A stretch of DNA of 64,000 nucleotides from Antedon mediterranea (Eukaryota; Animalia; Echinodermata), in assembly GCF_964355755.1 (NCBI RefSeq), contig NC_092678.1, positions 14,658,371 to 14,722,370 of the forward strand, read 5' to 3'. Below are positions 51,271 through 64,000 of the stretch, one piece after another (position 1 is the stretch's first letter; each line of letters starts with the position of its first letter). A model generated the notes under the pieces. The model made no database searches and had not been told where the DNA came from. It saw only the letters and a program-made list of their open reading frames with translations. The position numbers and the translations under genes were made by a program.

Positions 51271-51989
51271 ATACTTGTATCTGGTAACCATTTAATAAAA
51301 ATAACAACTCTTCACAAATCAGCATTCCATGCATTGCACCAAACTGGACAGATCCGGATGTTATTAGTCCCTAAAAAACTAGTTCACTAGTCCAAATTAG
51401 ACATATAGGAACAGCTACCTATTTATTTAAAATCCAACTTATCCATAATATAACCAGTCTCAAATCCACTTAATGTATTAACATTCCCAAATGAACAATT
51501 ACATCTGCAATTGTTTAATAAAACAGTTGACGATTTGTTATTATAAAGTTTGAACTTGGAGCGTATTATCATCATAACCACTATGTTTTTAGGGAAGTGT
51601 GAGTGGGGGGTTATTTTATTTAACTGAAATTAAACAACCGTAAACGGTTAGAGTTTAAAAAGTTAACTGGCTATCGTTTATTTTATGAATTCGGATGTTT
51701 TTATCTAAAATATAATCATGATGTTCTTAACTTTTATTATTTAAATTATGTTTGTATGTTTTTACTGTACACTACATTTTTTACTAACTAATGTAGGCCT
51801 ACAATATTATATTGTATCTAACAAATTATGTAAATATGGAAGAAAATAAACTACTGGCTATGTTTTGTCATTTTACTGATACAGGTATGCAGGTGAAAAT
51901 TTATCATTTTTTTTCAGTTGTTTGATTTAATGTGCGAGTTGCCTATTCGTGATTTAGCAGCAACTAAGAAACCCTCGGCACTTTGATTG

Positions 51990-52330
51990 CAGAAAAATAC
52001 AGTTTGGTATCTTCTTTGAAAGAAAAAAAGTACAAATTAGAAACTGTATACTATAGATAGAGTTATCTTTCAGATTTAAGAATATTTCCTACTTTTTTTC
52101 TTTAATCTGTTTACATTTGAAGAACATGTGTTCTTCACCTTCAGTGATGCCACAATATTACAATGTTTGTTATCTTTTATTTTCCTGATATATAGCTTTT
52201 GCTTTGTAGTGCAAAATATTGTAATTTAGTTTCTCTAAATCTGTATTTTTCATTTAACATACCTTTGATATTATTTTTTTTTTGTTTCTTACATTATACG
52301 ATTATCTAATTATGTGATTTTGGGCAGCTC
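51990..52330 (-). mobile_element. L1/Tx1 ORF2 C-terminal fragment
   Basis: Minus strand C..CGITEGEEHMFFKCKQIK, similar to CDRC..EEHMLLKC at ~14200. Confidence 0.6.
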
Positions 52331-52717
52331 AATTTAGCTTGTAATACAAATACTGTGTCTTGATTTGTAATGTAAATATTATGACGTGGCTGCCCAATTT
52401 GTTTTGTTCATAATTGTTTCCGTAATTCAATATATGACATATTCCACACAGTTTGGAGTTGTGTGCTTTTTGTTGTCTCGACTTTTTGCGCTGCCTTCCA
52501 GTGACATAAATAACAGTTATTTTTAAGCCAATTTCAGGACGACAAAATTATGTCTATTGAGGACGACGCATACATTTAAAGTTTGAAGTGTATGCCGCAC
52601 TGAACAAAAAATTAAGTTAAAAAACAATAGGCCTACTGCGTTGAACTGCATTATACGATACGATATTATTCATTGTCATATTTAAAAACAATGTACAAAT
52701 GAAATGTGGTTGGTTGA

Positions 52718-53998
52718 TTACATGTAATTAGACAAACGAATACAAAACAATGCGTCGTAACCAGTGATTCTAAAGAGATATTACAAATTTGCTATTAAAG
52801 ACATGGTTGAATAAACGAATGCTAGTCGACAGCCTGGTTTGATTCAAAGTGATCAGTCAACCAGTTTGGCTAAGGTTAACGAATTTATTGAGAGGATGAT
52901 CGGGATCATTAATTACATTTTTTAGGATATCATTTATTATGATGGCATACATCAACTAATACTGTTGCATTTGCCTGGATTGTTTGTATTAATTAACTCT
53001 GATTTTATCTTCTTCAACACGAAGATCATCTATATAAATGTCCATTATTTATTTTCTTCTTAAAGTAATAGCCTATAGAGAAAGTTTTACTTAAAGCTGG
53101 GTTACTTTCATATTGACCCTAATTTGTCAGATGCCTACTTTGTTTGCAATCCCTTTCTTAGTACATTCATTAATTAATTTCAGTCCATTCCGAATTAAAA
53201 TAACGCTATTCGAGCAGGTTAAAATTGACAACATGCGCAAAATAATTGCAAAAACATATTTAAAATGAAAGTAATTCTTCAGAATAAACGATGACCCCCA
53301 CTTGTTTAATTTATTCTGGAAGCCATTGAGTTGTAGATATGAATTCATGTACACATTTGACATACAAAATGTTGCGACATCATCAAAATGACGACGAGTC
53401 AATTTAATTTGTTTTTCTCTTTCGTCATATATTATCACATTCAACAGAACGCATCTTGTTTATTTGTGCAGGATTTTCCATCAAATGTTGATATATGCTT
53501 TCGTTTAAATAATTATCTTTCTCACGATTTTAACCATTTTCATTACGCCTAAACACCTTAATAACCTAGGTCGTGTAATTTCACCTTCGCCGTATATTTG
53601 AATATCTTACAGCTCTTCAGAATTGAAGGTTACCTTGAAGATTCTAATCTATTATAAAAGAATTTTTTTTTTATTTCAAAGAGCGCACAGCGCTTTTACG
53701 TGCCAAATTTACTTCCAAATCTTAAATTTATTTGCTCAATTAATTATCTTCTTCAAGTTTTTTGATAACGTCATCATACCAAAAAATTAGAACATGATGT
53801 GGGTCCTGTAATTTCACATATGTTACACTGTATATAGATATACCGTATGACACAAAATGGGCACAAATCAGCATTATAATCATATAAATATTATATATAC
53901 AAATAAACATTTAGTGATAATATTTTAACATAAGTGCATGTTTTTTAAAATTTACTTTCAGTAAAATTATAAAAATGATCACCTATAATTCGTCAAAG
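52718..53998 (+). repeat. ~1.2-kb diverged direct repeat, copy 1
   Basis: Collinear with 59572-60690 from taattagacaaacgaatacaaaac to cacctataattcgtcaaag, with indels. Confidence 0.85.
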
Positions 53999-54756
53999 TG
54001 AAGACGTAAAGTCTAGTTTTATGAATGTGTTTATTAGAATTATGGTAAAGGAATTGATAGGTAGGTCTAATAAATACTACAAGTGATTGCCAGCTTGAGA
54101 AAATACATAATTTAGTTTGACTGGTATTGACTCCCTCATGCATGCATTTGAATACGTAAACATGCTGATTATATTTTGTGTATAGTTTCGGAAAATGGGA
54201 ACCCTTAATTAACAAACCAGGCAGAGAATGGAAAAACGGTGGAATGAAGAAGTGAACCGCATTTTTTTAGAGCTTTATAGGTATAAGTCGTAAAAATGAT
54301 GATTTCAACTCTAGTTTTTTAAATATGTATGATGCAACACAGTATTCAATGCAATGCTATATATATTTACTAAAAATCTATTTTATTCAACTAAATATTC
54401 TTTTCCGTCTGTTTGGTAGTCATGCGAAACCTCATAATTTTCATTGATAACGACAGAGTTCTCAAACACAATGCTGTTTAGCTTTCACTGTTTCTAATGG
54501 TTAGTGTTACCCAACATGTATGCTAGTATAAATTACATTCTATTCTAAATTAGTAGAAGAAAAGGTACTTCAGCCCAAAGTTAACCTTGAGGTATTTCCT
54601 GATTACGTAATATCCGCCAGGTGTTTCTAATGTGAGGATACTGTTGTTGTTCCAGGCAGTGATATAGATGATCGTTACACGGATAGTCAGTCGTGGTTAT
54701 AACAAATGGTTAACAATGGGGATAGTATAAGACAATAGAGTATATCATTTCCCTAG

Positions 54757-55722
54757 AATTGTTATATAGATTTGTTATATATTAATATACATTATAATAT
54801 AAAATTAATAAATATTAAATAAAAATGATATGGTAATTTAGTTGCTTGTGATGAGAACAAAATGGTTTACAATGGTTGAAGTCAATAGATGTTATGTTTC
54901 GGATTATAATACAATGGTTAACATAGGGTAAGGAAGTGAGACAATATAGTTTTTGTAAGATTTGAATTAGTCAGAGTCAATAAAGATGCACCTGGTTAAT
55001 TAAAACTAGTTAATTGAGGTTTTTGCTTGATGTATGCCGACATAATCCAAAGACATAAGTTTTTCGATCCGGATATTATAACAATGACTAAAACAAAAAG
55101 ATAAGAATGAATGAAGTTAAATAATAAGTATGTCTTGATTGAACTATACCGACAGGTAATTAACCATCTTCCGGATTTGTTAACAAAGGGGATAAATCGA
55201 AAGCAGTGACACGGGGTGTTTGACATACTAAAGTTTAATGTGTGACGTCATGATGTTAGTTTCACTATTTTTGATGATTTTTGTTTTCCAATGTTTAGTT
55301 TTATTTTCATTTAAATTGGTTACGTTTACGAAAAGATTTCTTTGTTTCCTTTTAAAATAAAACAAAAAGTGGGTAAAGAGGGAATTGTTATATATAATTG
55401 TTATATATTAATATACATTATAATATAAAATTATTAAATAATAAATAAAAAATATTTGGTGATGATTTAGTCGTTTGTGATGAGAACAAATGGTATACAA
55501 TGGTTGAAGTCAAATAGGGGTTATGTTTCGGATATAATATTACAATGGTTAACATTGGGTAAGGAAGTAAAAGATTGTTGTAAGATTTGAATTAGTCATG
55601 TACTTGGCGGTATTTTTAAAAAGGGGTACAATAAAAGATGCTCCTGGTTTAATTAAAACAACGTAACAACATAAGTTAATTTGATCAGGATATTATAACA
55701 ATGACTAAAACAAAAAGTTAAG
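54757..55722 (+). repeat. ~350-bp direct duplication (54757-55103 / 55383-55722)
   Basis: Shared ttgttatatattaatatacattataatataaaatta...tgtgatgagaacaaa...ttataacaatgactaaaacaaaa. Confidence 0.8.
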
Positions 55723-56009
55723 AGAATTTAGTACAGTTTTCATCAGTATGAACTTCTACAAACCAACAGCTGATTACGCCGATTCTAAAATAGCTGATAA
55801 GGCTAAGGCTAGTATGCAGCGAGTTATGAGAAAACGGTTTGATCTTTGATGATTTTGGATCGGACATTTTTTAAATTGAATGACATTGGGGAAGCTACTT
55901 AATGAAACAAAAGATACACGACGCTTCGGCACAATGTTCCGACAGGAAATACAACAATGACAATTGGCTGAAACAAATTTAGTAAATGCCGAATGTAATT
56001 CTTTGACTG

Positions 56010-56048
56010 TATATAACTCTCGATTATTTTGTAATCTTTACCTCATTC
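56010..56048 (+). promoter_or_regulatory. TATA box plus initiator upstream of ORF 56101
   Basis: TATATAA at 56010-56016 and TCATTC at 56043-56048, about 30 nt apart. Confidence 0.5.
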
Positions 56049-56100
56049 TACAACGCTACAGAGCTCGACAAGACAGACCAAAAACCAACAACTAGTTACT

Positions 56101-56829
56101 ATGGGTTCCGTGATTGAAATCATTGATCTTACTATGGACTCTGATGTCGAAGAAGATGTTATATATATAAGCAGTGATTCAGAATTTGAAGACGAAGACA
56201 TACTAGCTATGACTGGTGCCTATTTTACAGCAGAGGAGGAGGAAGAGATGAGGGAAGAGATGGGGGATATGACGTGTTTAATAGCGATTCAACCCCCACC
56301 TCCAATGAACGTTGATTTCAATAATGTATCTAATACTGAAGAAGACGAACATTATAGATCGAGAATAATTTCTGAAGAGGAGAGGATTGTATACGACGAC
56401 ACGTCATCGGTAGTTGACTACCACCTATTTCTGGCAAGAAAAGCCGATGTAGAAGATGATGTAGAAGATGAGGTGTTTGCGGAAGAGTACCTGAACCCTG
56501 TGCTGGAGGCGGAGATTAAGAAAGAAACTACCGAACTTGAGTACAAAGAAATAATGAGAACAATTGAGAAGGTTTTCATAGAAGAATTTATATTCATTCT
56601 GAAGGACATGGTTGAACGTTATAACTTTCACGGCTCAAGATATGAACAACTCCTAACATTTTTTCGACCAATTCTAACATTGAAACTTGTGGACAATAGC
56701 GCTACCCATTTTGAATGGGCGCTAAACTACTTTCATTTACGTTGTATAAATGTTGATGCGTTCGCTAAAGCCATAAAGTTGATTACAAATGATTCAGAAC
56801 TTTTTAATAAGATTCTTTACCAATTGTAA
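56101..56829 (+). CDS. Intronless 242-aa acidic protein with SUMO-interacting-like motifs; probable Polinton/Maverick accessory gene
   Basis: Intact ORF in otherwise decayed DNA. IEIIDLT and VIYISSDSE are each followed by acidic tracts. AATAAA at 56963. It lies just upstream of the integrase remnant. Confidence 0.65.
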   Translation: MGSVIEIIDLTMDSDVEEDVIYISSDSEFEDEDILAMTGAYFTAEEEEEMREEMGDMTCLIAIQPPPPMNVDFNNVSNTEEDEHYRSRIISEEERIVYDDTSSVVDYHLFLARKADVEDDVEDEVFAEEYLNPVLEAEIKKETTELEYKEIMRTIEKVFIEEFIFILKDMVERYNFHGSRYEQLLTFFRPILTLKLVDNSATHFEWALNYFHLRCINVDAFAKAIKLITNDSELFNKILYQL

Positions 56830-57084
56830 TTTGTACAAATTAAAAAAAATATCTTAACACTTTTTTCTAATTAATGTTACATATTTTTATAATTCTTATT
56901 TCTTTTCGGTAAATTTATTATTATTATGGTTGTAAATTATATTGAAATAGAATATGTGTTAAAATAAAGGTTGTGGTTTTTCTTTTAATAGCAACAACAA
57001 CGAAAATGAATTTGATCTTTGCGTGTTATTTAAGTATTTTATTTATTTTTTAAATTTTCATTTGGGTGAATGAGGGTAATGAGT

Positions 57085-57317
57085 ATGGATGAGTACTTAA
57101 GAAAAGTATATTACGATCCTAAGCATCCTGATAGTTTTGGTGGTGTGGACCGACTTTATCAAAAATGTAAAATACGATTTAAATATTACCAAGAGACAAG
57201 TTCAAGACTGACTGAGCAAGCTAGATACATATACATTACACAAATCCATTCAACGTAAATTCAAACGAAACTGGGTACTTGTAAGTGTTATTGATGAACA
57301 ATGGGGAATGGATTTGG
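57085..57317 (+). pseudogene. Polinton/Maverick integrase N-terminal fragment
   Basis: MDEYLRKVYYDPKHPDSFGGVDRLY, then in another frame YTLHKSIQRKFKRNWVLVSVIDEQWGMDL; truncated after that. Confidence 0.85.
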
Positions 57318-59571
57318 AAAAATAACGTGTATAAAATTTGATTCAGACAAACTGTTTGACTTTAAATTTCCAAAAATCAAAGGAAGTCAATTTTGAAATA
57401 GTTGGTAGCACGGTACAAGGAATCGGACTGGAAAAAATAACAACAACTAATCCTAACAAAATAACCCGTAAACCAAAATCTCACTCTCTACCATTCAAAA
57501 ATGATGTAGCGATTTTTTCAAGCGGTATTTTCATGAACGTATTGAAAAGAAAATAGTTTTATTGTCAATGATTTGTCAAGTGTTTTATTTTAATTTCAAT
57601 TACTGTTGTATTGTATTTAGTTTTACCCGTTCATGTTGGCATGATCAATATTTGCTCAAACTCCATTTTATCGTTATGTTTGTAGTATTTTAGAGATTCC
57701 CGATCATCGTAATAATGATATAACTAGAATTCGTAACCGTGTGTTAGATTCCACGCGTATTATATACATATTGTCTTACTTTAATTCCTTCTCTCGTTAT
57801 TCACCCGATGTAGTTTGATCAAACAATTGTACCTGAGCCTGAAAGGTTAGTTGTTATGGTACAAGGAATCGGCCCGGAAAATAATTTGTTTTCTTTTCTG
57901 TTAAATTATTATTATGTTTGTGAATTGTGTATTGCAATAGATTTGTTTAATGAAATTAAATTAATTAGGCCTATGTTTTGACTTAATTTACCGTCAGTGT
58001 AAATTTGTAAAAGTAGTTTTCCTACTTTAGTTCACGGTAAATTTATTTATCGACTTAATTTAATTTGTTTTCTTTTCTGTTGTTGTTAAATGTAATTGCA
58101 AACACACATAATAAATGATTGTGATTATAAATATTCTGTTTACTTCTTTTAATTTTAAACAGTACAGACGGTTGGTAGGTTCGGGCCGCGTAATTTTTTT
58201 TTCCAGGACGAACGTGGGCAGAAATCATGAATAATTCGGGCCATTCATTCAGTGACTACCCCCCTTACGGTCGATACTACAGTAGCCATTATACTGCTGG
58301 AGTGTCTCGAAATTAAATGCAAGTTGTTTTAGGTTTTACTAATCAGTTCTTCGTTTTCAGTAGGCCTATCCTAGCCCAAATAGCATTTAGGACTAGGCTG
58401 AATACTTAGACCTAACCTAATATCCCCACGCCTACATTTCGGAATATCATAATATAAATACTTTGGCTAGGCTAGGCGCCGCGATGCAACACAAATAAAT
58501 GTAGTCAGCAGAATGTTTCCATCAATTATGTGACGTCATGTGCTATATCGATAGTTTGGTCAGTTTATACGTTTTAGCATTGCGATATAAATGGTTGAAC
58601 TGGATTCAACCCTTGCGATTGTCAACTATCGTGTCTTGTAGTGTTGATTACCGTGATTATTACACCTTTTCTTGCAAATGGCCGATGTTTTTTTATCGTC
58701 GTCGTTGGCTAAAAATGTACGTTTTCCTGTAAATCGGTAACATCTCAATGTTTACGTAGAAGATCGCCTATTTTTGTTAACTATAGCGTCGAATAACGTC
58801 GACAGGAAAACAGTCTTTACAGCTCATTACTCTATGTTCAGAATTGAATACGGGACCTTTACCTTTTTAGTAATAAATGACATAAACTGATTTTGTTTAT
58901 ACATGTTTTTTTTATTTGATCGCCTCTTGTTGGTATGTATATTCTCTGTTTGGCCATTAGTGTATTTTTATTATTGTGACAATGCCGTTTCAATTTCATT
59001 AATAAGGTTAATATTTCCAATCAATGGCAGTTTTACAATTATCGGGACCAATGTTGTATTCATTTAGGGATTCATTTATTACAGTAATTTTATTTTTTGT
59101 GTTGACCTTTAATACAGAGTATTATATTAAGTTTCTTTGTTTGTTTGTTGTAGACAATCTAAAAATCAAACTAATGTGTCACTTTCACAAATTATAGGTA
59201 CTTTTTGTGACAAATAACATTTTTCTGACACTTTTAAATGGCTTTGCGTGCCCATATTCAGCAGCATTTTCGTTTTCAATCATGCTACAAAAAGAAACTA
59301 TAGAGGGCATTTTCAAGTCAATTTGAACATACATGATGAGATCAAGTTATGCTTGTGCTTTTCGCGTCACGGCTTTATCCAGCTACATCCCCAGAAGAAG
59401 ACTACTCATTCAGTAGCTATATCAAACGGAAAGCTTATTATCTACAGCTGACATTTTTGGTATTTTGTAAACTCGACTAATTGATAGGTCCAAGCTTCTA
59501 CAATATAATACATTGGAATAAAGTCGACAGAAAAACAGGCTTTACAGCTCATTACCCTATGCTAAGAATTG

Positions 59572-60690
59572 ATTACACGTAATTAGACAAACGAATACAA
59601 AACTATGCGTCGTAACGAGTGATTCTAAAGAAATCTTACACATTTGCTATTAAAGACATGGTTGAATAAACGAATGCTTGTCGGCAACCTTTAGTGGTTT
59701 GATTCAAAGTGATCAGTCTACCAGTTCGGCTAAGTTTAAAGATTTTATTGAGAGGATGATTGGGATAATTGATTACACTTTTTAGGATATACATCAACTA
59801 ATGCTGTTGCATTTGCGTGTATTATTATCTCTGCTTTTATCTTCTTCAATACGAAGATCATCTATAATGTCCATTATTTATGTTCTTCTTATTTTAATGT
59901 AATAGCCTATTGAGAAAGTTGTATTTCATGCTGGATCATTTGTTTGCAATCCCTTTCTTAGTACATTCATTACATTTGAGTTCATTCCGAATTAAAATAA
60001 CGTTATACGAGCAGGTTAAAATGAAAACAATGCCCACAATAATTGCAAAAAAGTGCTGAAAATTGTAAAAAAAATAATGCTATTTTAAATGAAAATAATT
60101 CTTCAGAATAAACGATGATTCCCACTTTTTAATTTATTCTTGAAGACATTAAGTTGTAGATATGAATCCATGTACACATTTGACGTACAGAAGGTTGTGA
60201 CGTCATCAAATGGCCACGAGTCAATTAATTGTTTTTTTTTCCTCTTTCATCATATATATCACATTCAACAGAACGCATTGGATGTTGTGACGTTAACATT
60301 ATGATCAGTTGAAGTTAAAAAGTAGTTTTTCATATTTACACATACACAGCGCTTTTACGTGCCAAATGTACTTCCAAATCTTAAATTTACTTGCTCAATT
60401 CATTATCTTCCGAAATTGTCATCTTCAATTTTTTTTTATAACGTCATCATACCAACAAATTAGAAAATGATGTGGGTACCGTAATTTCACCTGTTACACT
60501 GTATATAGATAGGCCTATGCCGTATATATTCTATATGACACATAATAGGCCCAAATCAGCAATGTAGGCCTAGCCATATAAATATTATATACAAATCAAC
60601 ATTTTGCGATCATATTTTAACATAAGTGCATGTTATTTAAAATTTAGTTTTAGAAAAATTATAAAAATGTTCACCTATAATTCGTCAAAG
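59572..60690 (+). repeat. ~1.1-kb diverged direct repeat, copy 2
   Basis: Collinear with 52718-53998. Confidence 0.85.
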
Positions 60691-61171
60691 ACTTCAGAAC
60701 TATTGTCTGTAAGATTCAAAGAAAATATCAACAATAGTGGCAGAATAAAAATGGATTTCTTTCACATTTTGCACATGGTTATATATATGTGTTGAGAGAA
60801 ATAAAAAATGAAGTAATTTTTATCACAAATATATTTCCATGGCAACGGGCAAATTCGTGTTTTTGACAAATGTTGTCCTCTTTTAAGGTTTTTTAAAATG
60901 GATATTGATAGTACTTTGATGAAAAATATTTTTGTTTTGTTCATTTAATTATAAAAAATAATTAGTGTATGCATAATAACAATGCATTGTGTACCTGTTT
61001 CATATTTTTTTATTTTTTTTTATTTCATACTTCTGGAGATACCATTTATTTTTCACAAGGTCATATTTGTAAGGAGATTATTTCTATTCATGAAAACCCC
61101 ATATTTGTATTTACAGCGGGCACCACTTTTCAAAGCCTGTTTGTTCTTCCTATCTAATTAGTGCATTTGGT

Positions 61172-61664
61172 ACATCCCGTAAGTGGCCACCTCCCGTAAG
61201 CAGCTGCAGCAACTTTTTTTTTTTATTAAAAATAAGATTTTGTGTATGGTAAATTACCTCCCATAAGCGGCCACCCGAAAATGTGGTACTTATTGGATGG
61301 ACCTAAAAATAAGAGATCCATGTTTATTTTATTTTTGTATATATTAGCTTTATTTCGAAGCGGTTTTAAAAACATTTCTGTGTAGAAAACTACACATATT
61401 TTGACCGAACATTTTTCATATGATAACCGCTTTTAAAATTTGTCAGAAAACGATAAATAATACTAAACCACCTGATTATAAACAATAATACAATTATCTG
61501 GAAAATTGAGAGGCTCGTTGCGTTAAGAACACTGAAAAATATCGTGCATAGCCATAATACGTAATTTGGCCCTTTATCGGCAGAACCTCCCGTAAAGGGG
61601 TCACCTCCCGTAAGAGACCACTTTTCCAGGTCTCGAGGGTGGCTGCTAACGAGAGGTTCAACTG
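61172..61664 (+). mobile_element. pogo/Tigger-like MITE lacking its left terminus
   Basis: Ends GAGGTTCAACTG, has repeated cctcccgtaag motifs, and matches 39939-40165. Confidence 0.65.
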
Positions 61665-62523
61665 TGTTGAAAAAAAATGACAATTGGGACTTTACTTGTG
61701 ATTTATGTCATTGGCCTGTCAGCACAGTCGTTTCTTTCTAGAATTAAACGCACAAACTTGTATTGGGAATAATTTATGTTTATGTGGTTATTACTATCGA
61801 ATTTAGGTATTGATAATAATAATAATATGGCTTTTGAATATATAATTACTGTCTGTAGAATAACATTTATACATTTTCGGTTCGCGATGAAAAGTTATAT
61901 GAATGGATTTGTAATAGGTATTTATAATAATAGTATATGGGTTGTATTATTGCTAAGCTATCACCAAATCACGTTATACCATTATTTCTCAGGGTTTTTT
62001 GCACCATTGATCAATACCAAACGCTTATCGGTATTATAGTTTTTAATGAATCAATACATTAATAAAAATACCCAATTAAATCAATCGCGTCAGTCCAATT
62101 CCGACTTATGTTTCGATCACATAGTTCTGTGTCTACACTGTCCCCCTGTGATGCATTTGTTTTTATTGTACCTTTTTAATAAAATTATTATATGTTTAGG
62201 CCTAATCACCCCAATTTAATGAAACGGTCAGATTCCGATTTCAATTGAACGAAAGTAGTACTGTATTTATTATTCATTGATAAGCCAAGGGTCCCATGGC
62301 GTTAGCCGATTTCTTGAGCATTTGACTCATGTGTCAACCTGTAACACAAATCATTCTTCAACATTTAAAGAAAGAACCTCACACGTCTTTTTTTTGTGAG
62401 TGATACTCTATGGATATGCCCACGGAAATAATATGTGGACATTGCAAACAATCATAGGCCTACAGTAACAAACATAATATGGCTAATAAGCATAACATTC
62501 AGACTTGTTTGTTTTCTAGTGGA

Positions 62524-63107
62524 TTTTTATTTACTTTATCATGTAGAATAAAACTAGTAACAGTGGCTATATTAATAATTATTATACTGATTATCCTTGA
62601 TGTTATCGCGTCTAATAATAAAATATTTTGTTGTTGATAAGCCCAATTTTTCAGCCTTGATTTTACATTTTCAACGAAAGTATTTATTTTTTGATAAGCC
62701 CAATTTTGAAGTCTTAATAATGACCCTTCAACAGTGCATTTTACATGATATTGACCGAGGGTTTTTACGCCTCTATAGCCACTGATCAATACCACAATTA
62801 ATGTACTTTTTTAAATGAATATTGAAATGTTTCAACATACCCAATTAAAAAAAAACGGTCCGTTTTCGAGTTCAATCTTTTGATTAGAGAGGTTGGAGTT
62901 TCATTTTGAACGAAAGTATTTATTTGATTGATAAGCCAAATTTCTAGTCCTAGTGATTTGAGATTCAACGGGTTTTGCTTTCAATTGTATAATAATATAA
63001 TTATATATATATAAACAGATATAGATAACATCAAGGATAATCAGTATAATAATTATTAATATAGCCACTGTTACTTGTTTTATTCTACATGATAAAGTAA
63101 ATAAAAA
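62524..63107. repeat. 84-bp near-perfect inverted repeat pair (62524-62607 / 63024-63107)
   Basis: tttatttactttatcatgtagaataaaac.agtaacagtggctat...gatgttatc and its reverse complement. Confidence 0.85.

Positions 63108-63116
<9 letters not shown>

Positions 63117-63152
<36 letters not shown>
63117..63152. repeat. (TA)n microsatellite
   Basis: Visible TA run after a poly-A tract. Confidence 0.9.
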
Positions 63153-63159
<7 letters not shown>

Positions 63160-63483
63160 GTATAATTATGAATTCACCAACACTTTCAGGCCCAATAACA
63201 ATGATCCCGGGCCCGAGTTTTTGTAGACCAGACTTCCATGCAGAGCCACATGTTAAGGAATAATTATGAATCTCTTTATGATTTTAATATGGTTCGAAAT
63301 ATAAATGATATTACACAACAACGATTAGACAGCAACTGTGAAAGAGTCCAACTAATAAAATCGGAATGATCAATTAATTGAACATTTACAGCATAAGGCC
63401 CATACACTAGGACGATAACGATCGACGATAAATAGACAAATGTGCATTTTTAATACATAAACCAAAAGAAATATAAACAATTC

Positions 63484-63636
63484 CTTTGATGAAAATTATA
63501 TTTTCACACGTCCAATGAAATGACGTCATGATTAGTAAGACCAATAATAATATCGTGACAATACAGTGATTTTATTGTTTTTATTTATCATGACGTCATT
63601 TGATTGGAAATTGAAAAACATTATTTTTATCAAAGA
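63484..63636. repeat. Imperfect ~150-bp palindrome (MITE-like)
   Basis: ctttgatgaaaa...tccaatgaaatgacgtcatga is mirrored by tcatgacgtcatttgattgga...tttttatcaaag. Confidence 0.7.
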
Positions 63637-64000
63637 CAACATAAATGATTATCCTATAGGTCTAGAACGAAAACCTTTCTAATTTCTTTTGGTTATTAAT
63701 GTACTTAATTAACAGTATTGTATGGTTGGATGATCTGTTAAACACTACCAATATGGGTAAATGAAAAAAGTCAAATATAACATTTATTAAATGTTCACAA
63801 TCTCATTATGAGTAATAGTCGCACATGTTATAAGTATATTATTATTGGTAATTATATTATCTTCACAGAAACAAATCAAATGAAGACCCAATATTGTCAA
63901 TAAGATGTCGAGGTGAGTTGTAAAGTTGAAGAACAACATTATACGAATATTAAATACATTTTCTAACAAGGCTATAAACAAAGGTATCATTATTTGGTTA

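Noticed and set aside
53127-53444. 105-aa minus-strand ORF in the 1.2-kb repeat
   Set aside because: The frame is not preserved in the second copy (~59940-60260), and no family could be recognised.
58262-58290. Possible Polinton terminus (gatactac/agtag)
   Set aside because: It is not a clean ACTACT/AGTAGT end, and no matching inverted terminus was found.

Overview
AT-rich eukaryotic DNA with spliceosomal introns, probably from a marine invertebrate (an echinoderm is a guess from the domain content). The core is a multi-exon + strand gene (~10043-36124). Sixteen phase-compatible GT-AG exons, read by hand, give an open frame of about 900 codons: a putative ankyrin-type N-terminal end, a Roc GTPase (GKEGAGKTS / STDGI / WDYAGQ / THMD), a COR domain, phase-1 Ser/Thr/Pro micro-exon linkers, and a tandem death-effector-domain (DED)-like exon. 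Downstream lie an internally deleted second DED exon (37338-37531) and a decayed paralogue (45074-50502) with similar COR exons but a very divergent DED exon. The rest is mostly transposons: non-autonomous Helitrons, two octamer-rich foldback elements, four Penelope-like fragments (two with intact minimal hammerhead cores, nested in (TA)n), a decayed L1/Tx1 LINE, CR1/L2 fragments, tRNA-derived repeats, an intron-containing IS3EU-like transposase, MITEs and satellites. There is also a Polinton/Maverick remnant with an intact acidic ORF bearing SUMO-interacting-like motifs. All calls come from manual reading; no database searches were run.
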